Shown piece after piece: positions 8,559-17,292 of a DNA stretch of 17,292 nt. The DNA comes from Chthonomonadales bacterium (GTDB lineage Bacteria > Armatimonadota > Chthonomonadetes > Chthonomonadales > Chthonomonadaceae), in NCBI GenBank assembly GCA_038217285.1, contig JBBQPO010000122.1:1-17292 (forward strand), given 5' to 3'. The position numbers and the translations under genes were made by a program. Position 1 is the stretch's first letter. Each line of letters opens with the position of its first letter. Under the pieces are notes generated by a model. It did not search any database. It was not told where the DNA came from and worked only from the letters and a program-made list of their open reading frames with translations.

Positions 8559-8834
8559 TTAAGAGGCTCCTTCGTCGAAGAGTGACCGGTAGCACCCGCG
8601 ACTCGCGTTGCAGTCTTCCGGGCGGACCAGCTCGCCGTCCGGTCCAAACGCCTGGACGGTGCGCTGGCACCAGCAGTGATTGCTGGCATCGCGCAGGTGA
8701 TGGATTTCCGTCGGCATCTCCTGCAGGAAATAGTATTTCTTGCTGCGGATTTCGCGGCAAAACGGGCTGTTTACCGGCGGCGCGACGGTCGCTTCCGCCG
8801 CCGTCCCGAGGATCGTTGCTTTCTCCACTATCAT
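8559..8834 (-). CDS. Small Cys-rich hypothetical protein (91 aa, 5 Cys)
   Basis: GGAGG SD. Fills the gap between operon genes, with its TAA directly adjacent to the next ATG. Pattern C..IRSK...HCWC..T...FGPDG......C...RGCY. Confidence 0.8.
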   Translation of the reverse strand: MIVEKATILGTAAEATVAPPVNSPFCREIRSKKYYFLQEMPTEIHHLRDASNHCWCQRTVQAFGPDGELVRPEDCNASRGCYRSLFDEGAS

Positions 8835-8880
8835 ATTATCCCTCCGGAATCGGGTATTTGCAAGTTCGATTTACGTGGAA

Positions 8881-9876
8881 TCAGGCGTTCGCCTGATGAA
8901 TCGCACGGCGAACGAGCGTTTTGGTAAGCGGGACTTTGTAGGCGTTTTGCCCCAGCGGCATTGCTCCGGCCAGAGCGATTTCGGCGACGGCATGAAGCGT
9001 CTCCGGGCTGAGCGTCTTGCCTTTGAGGGCGGCTTCCGCTTTGGGAACGCGCCAGGGAATGGGCGCGACCCCGCCCAGAACGATTCTCGCCTCCACGACT
9101 TTACCGCCCAAGGTGTGCAGCGCGACCGCCGCCGCCGCCATCGCCCAGTCCATCGAGGTTTTCTCCCGGAATTTGAGATAGACGCTGTGGGCTGCCATCG
9201 GGGAAGCGGGTACCGTAATGCCGGTGACGATCTCGTCCGGCTTGAGAATGTTCTCATGGCGCACATTGACGCGCGGCAGAATGAAGAACTTCTCGATGGG
9301 CACCATGCGCGAACCTTTCGGCCCGAAGATGGTAACGGTCGCGCCGAGCGCCGTCAAGGCCGTCGCGGTGTCGGAGGGATGCACGATATAAGAGGGTCCG
9401 CCTCCCAGAATGGCGTTGTATTTGTTCTCGCCGGACACCGCATAGCAGCGATCCCCTCCCTTTTTGAGGCACTGGATATGCTCGTTGCGATAGTACCAGC
9501 AGCGCGGGCGCTGACAGAGGTTGCCCCCCATCGTGCCGACATGCCGAATCTGGGGCGAGGCCACACTGCCAGCCGCCTGCGCCAGGGCGGGGAAGTGCTG
9601 TTGCACCTCCGCACTCTCCGCTACCTCCGCCACCGTTACCAGCGCGCCGATCTGCAGGCCAGTGCGGGGATCGTAGCTCAATCGGTTCAGGCCAGGAATA
9701 TACTTGAGGTTGACGACAGCGTCCGGCTCGACCAGACGATCCTTCATCTCTGTGAGAAGGTCTTGCCCGCCCGCCATCAGGCGCAGACGCCGGTTGTCGA
9801 TGTCTCTGGCATCCAGCAGCGCGATCGCCTGCGGCAGAGTCTTGGGGTTATGGAGATCGAACGATTTCATGCTCAT
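8881..9876 (-). CDS. Xanthine dehydrogenase family FAD-binding subunit (PaoB/YagS-like, with Fe-S insertion)
   Basis: MAGGQDLL, ASPQIRHVGTMGGNL, Cys-rich insertion CQRPRCWYYR...C...C, HPSD, LGGVAPIPWR, NAYKV. AAGGAG SD before the ATG at 9876. Confidence 0.95.
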   Translation of the reverse strand: MSMKSFDLHNPKTLPQAIALLDARDIDNRRLRLMAGGQDLLTEMKDRLVEPDAVVNLKYIPGLNRLSYDPRTGLQIGALVTVAEVAESAEVQQHFPALAQAAGSVASPQIRHVGTMGGNLCQRPRCWYYRNEHIQCLKKGGDRCYAVSGENKYNAILGGGPSYIVHPSDTATALTALGATVTIFGPKGSRMVPIEKFFILPRVNVRHENILKPDEIVTGITVPASPMAAHSVYLKFREKTSMDWAMAAAAVALHTLGGKVVEARIVLGGVAPIPWRVPKAEAALKGKTLSPETLHAVAEIALAGAMPLGQNAYKVPLTKTLVRRAIHQANA

Positions 9877-9889
9877 AAGAGGACTCCTT

Positions 9890-12136
9890 TCAGGCTTTCT
9901 TCTGTTTCGACAGACCGTCGAGGATCTTGTCCGGGGTGATGGGCAGCGAGGTGACCCGAACCCCGCAGGCGTTATAGACCGCATTGGCGATGGCGCTCGC
10001 GCCGGGAATCGCCGCAGGCTCCGCCATGCCGATCACCACGTTGCGTGTGTCGCCATCGTCGATGATCGACACCATCTCCGGAATCTCCAGGCAGCCGGGA
10101 ATTTTATACTCATCCATCGCGGTGTTGAGCATGTTTCCTGTGTGCGAATCGACCCAGTGCTGTTCGAGAAGCGCGTAGCCCAGGCCCTGGATCATGCCGC
10201 CATTGAGCTGACTCTGAACGCCGCGTCGGTTCATAGGCAGGCCGCAGTCCTGCACGCCGACCATCTTGAGGACGCGTACCTGACCGGTCTCGATATCGAC
10301 CTCGACTTCGGCAAACTGAGCGCCGTGGACGCCGCCTCCCGACAGTCCCTGTTTCCACTCGCCCCGCGCCGCAATTCCGGCCATGCCGAGGGTCGCACAG
10401 GCCTGTTTCCAGGTGAGCGTCTTTTCGGGCGCGGTGGAGGCGTAGATCTTGCCGTCGCGTGCGATCAGGTCTTCGGGTTTGCCGCCCAGCATGGGAGCGA
10501 CTTTCTCGAAGAACTGGATCCGGGCGTTGTAAGCGGCGTCTTTCACTGCCGGTGCGAGAGAGGCGGTCGTGGTGCTTCCTCCCGAGGCGTTCGCCTGGCC
10601 GTAGTTGCTGCGGCCGATGCGCGTCTCGACGGCGCTGAGCGGCAGCCCGAACTCCTCGGCGACGATAGCGCCCGTGTAGGTGCGGGAGCCGGTGCCCAGA
10701 TCCTGCGTTCCGACCTGCACGGCGATAGCGCCATCCGGTTGGATGAAGACATCGACCTGGCACGACGGCCCGCCTCCTCCGCCCCAAGTCGCGCAGCCGC
10801 AGCCCATGCCGCGCTTGAGCGACTTGTACGGACCATACGCCACGCCCGCTCCTGGAACGGCCGGACGCTGCTCCCACTTGATCTCCTGCGCCCCCCGGTC
10901 CAACTGGCGATGATAGGCGACATCCGTCGTATTCTTCTTCCGGAATTCGATGGGGTCCATGCCGATCTTGGCGGCCAGATCGTCCATCAGGGCCTCCATG
11001 GCGAAGGAGGGCTGTGGGTGGCCCGGCCCGCGCATGGCGCGGGAGGCGTCCTGATGCGTATGCACGGCATCGACTTCCCGGTAGATCACCTCGACATTAT
11101 AGATATAGGGCAGGCCCGCAAGGCCGCCTTCTCCGAGCCCGCCTAACTGGTGCTGTTCGGCGATCAACGCGACCAGCTTACCATCCTTCGTAGCGCCGGC
11201 TTTCACTTTTTGCCAGGAGCCGTTGCGGTTGCCGGAGGCGAGAAACTCCTGCGGTCGGGTCAGCATCAGCTTGACCGGGGCCTTCGCCTTCTTGCTCAGT
11301 TCGCAGGCGATGCTCCCCGGCAGATCGAGGCCGAATTTGCTTCCGAAGCCACCGCCCATATACTCGACCACGGCCGTTACACTCTTTTGTGGCAGGCCCA
11401 GCGCGGCGGCGGCCTCGCCGGGAATGCTGAACGTGCCCTGCGTCGAGGCGTAGACTGTCGCGGAGTCTCCGCCGTTGTAGTCTACGGTGACGCCGTGGGT
11501 TTCCAGGCAGGTATGGTGCTGCATGGTGGTAACGAACACGTGCTCGACGACCGCATCGCACTTAAGAAGCGCCGCCTCTGCCGCCGCTCGGTCTCCACGC
11601 TTTTCACCGGGGCGGATGTTGCCGTTCTCCTTTTGATAGACCTTGGGTGCGCCCGGTTTGATCGCCTGCTCATAGGTCACCACATGATCGAGCTTGCTGT
11701 ATTTGACTTTGATCGCCCGCAGTGCGTCTTCGGCGATCTCCGGGGAGGTCGCGGCGACCGCAGCGACCGGATCGCCCTCATAACGGAGCTTTTTGGTTCC
11801 GTAACTGATGACGGTCTTAACGCCCTCCATCTTCTCCGCCGCGCCGGTATCGATGCTGATAACCTCGGCGCTGGCATAAGGAGAGGTGAGGATACGGCCG
11901 TACAACATGCCAACCGGGCGAACATCGTAGGTATATTTGGCAGCACCGGTCACCTTCGCAGCGCCGTCCACGCGCCGAAGGTCATGGTTGAGCAGGGTGT
12001 GCCCGTCGCGCGGCCCCCACATCGGGCCAGCGGTATCGTCCACCTCAATCTCGACAAGGGTATCGACGCCGTTGACGACTTTGGGAACTTTGATTTTCTT
12101 CTTTTTCGGGGGATTCTGATTCTGCGGCTCGGCCAT
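9890..12136 (-). CDS. Xanthine dehydrogenase family molybdopterin-binding subunit (PaoC/YagR-like)
   Basis: RVDGAAKVTGAAKY, QHHTCLETH, GGGFGSK, MRGPGHPQ, SGGST, AEVEVDIETG, catalytic Glu in GMAEP. Confidence 0.95.
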   Translation of the reverse strand: MAEPQNQNPPKKKKIKVPKVVNGVDTLVEIEVDDTAGPMWGPRDGHTLLNHDLRRVDGAAKVTGAAKYTYDVRPVGMLYGRILTSPYASAEVISIDTGAAEKMEGVKTVISYGTKKLRYEGDPVAAVAATSPEIAEDALRAIKVKYSKLDHVVTYEQAIKPGAPKVYQKENGNIRPGEKRGDRAAAEAALLKCDAVVEHVFVTTMQHHTCLETHGVTVDYNGGDSATVYASTQGTFSIPGEAAAALGLPQKSVTAVVEYMGGGFGSKFGLDLPGSIACELSKKAKAPVKLMLTRPQEFLASGNRNGSWQKVKAGATKDGKLVALIAEQHQLGGLGEGGLAGLPYIYNVEVIYREVDAVHTHQDASRAMRGPGHPQPSFAMEALMDDLAAKIGMDPIEFRKKNTTDVAYHRQLDRGAQEIKWEQRPAVPGAGVAYGPYKSLKRGMGCGCATWGGGGGPSCQVDVFIQPDGAIAVQVGTQDLGTGSRTYTGAIVAEEFGLPLSAVETRIGRSNYGQANASGGSTTTASLAPAVKDAAYNARIQFFEKVAPMLGGKPEDLIARDGKIYASTAPEKTLTWKQACATLGMAGIAARGEWKQGLSGGGVHGAQFAEVEVDIETGQVRVLKMVGVQDCGLPMNRRGVQSQLNGGMIQGLGYALLEQHWVDSHTGNMLNTAMDEYKIPGCLEIPEMVSIIDDGDTRNVVIGMAEPAAIPGASAIANAVYNACGVRVTSLPITPDKILDGLSKQKKA

Positions 12137-12139
12137 GAT

Positions 12140-12814
12140 CTATGCTCCTCCGCGCATTTTTTGCGCTGCTTCGGCGACCGCTTCAAAGATATGGGGATAG
12201 GTGCCGCAGCGACAGAGATTGCCGGCACAGCCCTTCTGAATCTCCTCGTGAGTCGGGTTGGGGTTGGACTTGAGGAGCGCGGTCGCCGACAGGACGAAGC
12301 CGGGCGTACAGAACCCGCACATCATCGCGTCCCGATGGACGAACGCCTCCTGAACCGGGCTGAGCTCGCCGTTTGCTCCCGACAACCCTTCGATCGTCTG
12401 GATCTGTTTGCCGACCGTATCGACGGCCAACTGCATACAGCCATAGACGGTTTTGCCGTCCAAAAACACGGTGCATCCGCCGCACGCGCCCTGATCGCAG
12501 ATGAGTTTCGGGCCGGTGACAGGCGGATCGGCATGGTTGCGCAGGGCGTTGAGCAGGGTGGTGCGCGGCTCGATCTGCATGGTCATGGCCGTTCCGTTTA
12601 CCTGGAGGGTAACCGCCTGCAAGCCTTTGTGCAGCGTGGTTCCGGCAGGCGGCTCCGCCAGAGGCAGCGGTTCGGCTGCACTAACGTCCGGTGCCAGCAG
12701 ATCTGTGACCAGCGCCGAGCCTGCGCCGACAGCGCCGACGCCGCGCAAAAATTGTCGCCGACTCAATCCGCTCGCCCGGCTGCTCTCGTCGTCTGTCTCA
12801 TGTCTTTTCGGCAT
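12140..12814 (-). CDS. Xanthine dehydrogenase family 2x[2Fe-2S] subunit with Tat signal (PaoA/YagT-like)
   Basis: Twin-arginine motif LSRRQFL plus hydrophobic stretch. Cluster motifs CDQGACGGC...C and CGFC...CRC. AAGGGAG SD. Confidence 0.95.
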   Translation of the reverse strand: MPKRHETDDESSRASGLSRRQFLRGVGAVGAGSALVTDLLAPDVSAAEPLPLAEPPAGTTLHKGLQAVTLQVNGTAMTMQIEPRTTLLNALRNHADPPVTGPKLICDQGACGGCTVFLDGKTVYGCMQLAVDTVGKQIQTIEGLSGANGELSPVQEAFVHRDAMMCGFCTPGFVLSATALLKSNPNPTHEEIQKGCAGNLCRCGTYPHIFEAVAEAAQKMRGGA

Positions 12815-12894
12815 GGAGCAACTCCCTTCCTAAACCCGGTGATCTGATCAAACTTGCTGCTTGCTCAAAAGAGCCGGTAGCGCCGTCCTAAAAT

Positions 12895-12900
12895 ATTATA
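12895..12900 (-). promoter_or_regulatory. Consensus -10 box (TATAAT) for the molybdoenzyme operon
   Basis: ATTATA on the plus strand, about 80 nt upstream of the first start codon. No convincing -35. Confidence 0.5.
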
Positions 12901-12931
12901 CTCGTCTCTTCCTCTCATACGCTACTTGTAC

Positions 12932-12979
12932 GCAAGTTGCTGCATTTCGGCGCATGCAAGTTGCTGCATTTCGGCGCAT
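12932..12979. repeat. Perfect 24-bp tandem duplication (GCAAGTTGCTGCATTTCGGCGCAT x2)
   Basis: Identical head-to-tail copies at 12932-12955 and 12956-12979. Confidence 0.95.
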
Positions 12980-13046
12980 GGTGGATCAGAGAGGGGCCCC
13001 ACCCGGTCAACCCCGATTGTGATCCACTATTGAATCTGTCGTACTA

Positions 13047-13076
13047 TTGACTTATTCCATATTGAGCGTCTATAAT
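13047..13076 (+). promoter_or_regulatory. Sigma70-type promoter of furA-katG (TTGACT-18 nt-TATAAT), predicted leaderless, with probable overlapping FurA operator
   Basis: -35 at 13047-13052 and -10 at 13071-13076. The ATG follows after 7 nt, with no SD. Confidence 0.8.
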
Positions 13077-13083
13077 CATTGTC

Positions 13084-15863
<2,780 letters not shown>

Positions 15864-15917
15864 TCTGGTCGCTCTGCTACTCTGAACCTGTACCGGGGCT
15901 GCTTGTAGGGAGAGGGT

Positions 15918-15949
15918 AAAGGGCTGAAGCATTACGCTTCAGCCCTTTT
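15918..15949. terminator. Likely bidirectional intrinsic terminator between katG and the globin-ankyrin gene
   Basis: 13-bp stem AAAGGGCTGAAGC / GCTTCAGCCCTTT, 5-nt loop, between convergent genes. Confidence 0.8.
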
Positions 15950-15992
15950 GAGCATACCTGACCGCGAACATATCCCCTTACCGGTTCGAGTC

Positions 15993-17027
15993 CTATTCGT
16001 TCTCCATTGTCCTTTGCTCTCCCTGGAGCGCGTTTCGCACACTCTCGCTTCGGGCAGTGTCGATAGGAGTGCGCCCATTCTTATCTGTTGATCGAGGATT
16101 CGCTCCTCTGCTTAGGAGCAGGCGAACCATGGGCTCCTGCCCGCAGTTCACGGCGCGGCGCAGCGGCGTCTCCCCGTCCTTGTCCTTCGCCTCGATGTCT
16201 GCACCGGCATCGAGAAGCGCCTCCGCGATTCTGGTCGTTCCTCGTCTTGCGGTCATATGGAGCGGGGTCATGCCGCCGACGCCAGTGACCTGATTCACGT
16301 TCGCTCCATGCTTCAAAAGCAGTTCGATGGCAGCGCGCCCCTCCTCATCCTCGCAGCCTTCACTATTCGCGGCCCGGTAGAGGGGGTTGTGCCCGCCAGC
16401 ATCTTTTGCATCGACATCCGCTCCAAACTCAAGCAGCAGACGCATACGAGGAACGTCCCATCGCATCGCTGCGGCGCAGATCAGGTTCCTGCCGTGATCA
16501 TTGGCGACAGCGAGCGCGGGATCTGCCTCCAGCTCACGGCGCAGGTCCGCAAGCGGCAGACCATACAACGCAACGAAAGGATCGGAGAGGGTTGCGGCGA
16601 GATCGGTCAGATTCGTCAGCAGTCGTTTCCTGGTCTCCTCGCCTACTCCCTCTGCTTCCATCGAGGCGGAGATATGCTCAAGCCAGTGTTCCGCCTCGGT
16701 CGTTCCGATGGCGAGATGCGCATGCCTGCAGAACAGACTGGTTTTGCCTCGCGCGGCGGAGTAGTCGGGAGGCCCTCCGGTCCGCTCCGCGAGATAGAGC
16801 GCAAGCCGCTCTTCCAGGGCCGTCATGTTCTTCGGGAAGAAGCCTCTCAGCGCCGGGTCTTCTTCAACTTTGAGATGGAAGTGTTGGGAGATTCGTCTGA
16901 AAGCCTCGATTTCGCCGACGGCCTCATACATGCCTGTAAGCGCCTTGTCGTAAAACTTGTTCGACGTTTTGGGGTTCGCTAAGTCCCGTGCCGTATGGCT
17001 CACTTCTTTTCTGCTTGGGCCTGCCAT
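15993..17027 (-). CDS. Group II truncated (2/2) hemoglobin domain fused to ankyrin repeats
   Basis: Globin motifs YEAVG, DPALRGFF, LAERTGGPPDYS..RG, RH (F8 His), HWL (G8 Trp). About 4.5 ankyrin repeats (GHNPLYRAA, GMTPLHMTA, GETPLRRAV, GRTP). AGGAG SD. Confidence 0.85.
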   Translation of the reverse strand: MAGPSRKEVSHTARDLANPKTSNKFYDKALTGMYEAVGEIEAFRRISQHFHLKVEEDPALRGFFPKNMTALEERLALYLAERTGGPPDYSAARGKTSLFCRHAHLAIGTTEAEHWLEHISASMEAEGVGEETRKRLLTNLTDLAATLSDPFVALYGLPLADLRRELEADPALAVANDHGRNLICAAAMRWDVPRMRLLLEFGADVDAKDAGGHNPLYRAANSEGCEDEEGRAAIELLLKHGANVNQVTGVGGMTPLHMTARRGTTRIAEALLDAGADIEAKDKDGETPLRRAVNCGQEPMVRLLLSRGANPRSTDKNGRTPIDTARSESVRNALQGEQRTMENE

Positions 17028-17172
17028 AAGGTCTATCTCCTGCTGCGTCCGACGGTTTCCTGGGGTTAGTCTGAGGATGGCAAATGTTCGCCATCTTTCT
17101 TAAACTCTCTGACGGACGCGAAAGCCGGAAAGTACCGCGGAAACACAGTTTCCCCTGTGATTTTCGTTTATG

Positions 17173-17287
17173 AAATTCCCTCGCGGAACGGTTCACGGGG
17201 CTCAAGCCCCGCGCTGAAACGGGAAGGCAGGAAGCCCTCCGGGCACCCCAAATTCTCCGCTGCCGCGCAGAGAATTTCCTTCGCGGA
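17173..17287. repeat. Palindrome-rich unit of about 100 bp (REP/MITE-like) bounded by imperfect 15-bp direct repeats
   Basis: AAATTCCCTCGCGGA (17173-17187) and AATTTCCTTCGCGGA (17273-17287) match at 13/15. They enclose hairpins CGGGGC-TCAA-GCCCCG and GCCC-TCC-GGGC; a third, AAATTCTC..GAGAATTT, overlaps the right repeat. Confidence 0.35.
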
Positions 17288-17292
17288 CTCAA

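Noticed and set aside
8740-12847. Long plus-strand ORFs 8740-9939, 9704-11146 and 11150-12847
   Set aside because: All are antisense to well-supported molybdoenzyme subunits and have no domain signatures.
12932-12979. 24-bp repeat as a CRISPR array or sigma54 promoter
   Set aside because: There is no spacer between copies and no cas genes. GG-to-GC spacing is 12 nt rather than the 10 nt needed for a -24/-12 promoter.
17040-17250. Cobalamin- or glycine-riboswitch-like words (GGGAAGG..AAGCC, AAACTCTC)
   Set aside because: Isolated fragments on the strand opposite the downstream gene; the remaining conserved cores are missing.
16924-17292. 122-aa minus-strand ORF at the window edge
   Set aside because: Arg/Ser-rich translation of palindromic non-coding sequence that overlaps the globin gene out of frame.

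Overview
GC-rich bacterial chromosomal window with no mobile-element genes, RNA genes or CRISPR. Left part: an orphan HATPase_c kinase fragment, a secreted CBM9/DOMON-like protein, and an RRM/Gly-rich RNA-binding protein with a long, highly structured leader that can pair over its Shine-Dalgarno (SD). Next come a secreted three-domain fusion (FG-GAP beta-propeller resembling aldos-2-ulose dehydratase + carboxypeptidase-regulatory-like domain + DUF6624), a PhyH-family dioxygenase and a clostripain-family protease. Centre: a minus-strand operon for a Tat-exported PaoABC/YagTSR-like molybdo-flavoenzyme. It lacks the usual XdhC/PaoD chaperone and instead carries a small 5-Cys protein and a secreted DUF1326-like protein. 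Right part: divergent, apparently leaderless furA-katG, and a convergent group II truncated globin-ankyrin fusion. Best candidates for something undescribed: the five-gene molybdoenzyme operon, the globin-ankyrin fusion, the SD-sequestering RRM leader and the propeller-DUF6624 fusion. Family calls come from motif recognition by eye; no searches or folding programs were run.
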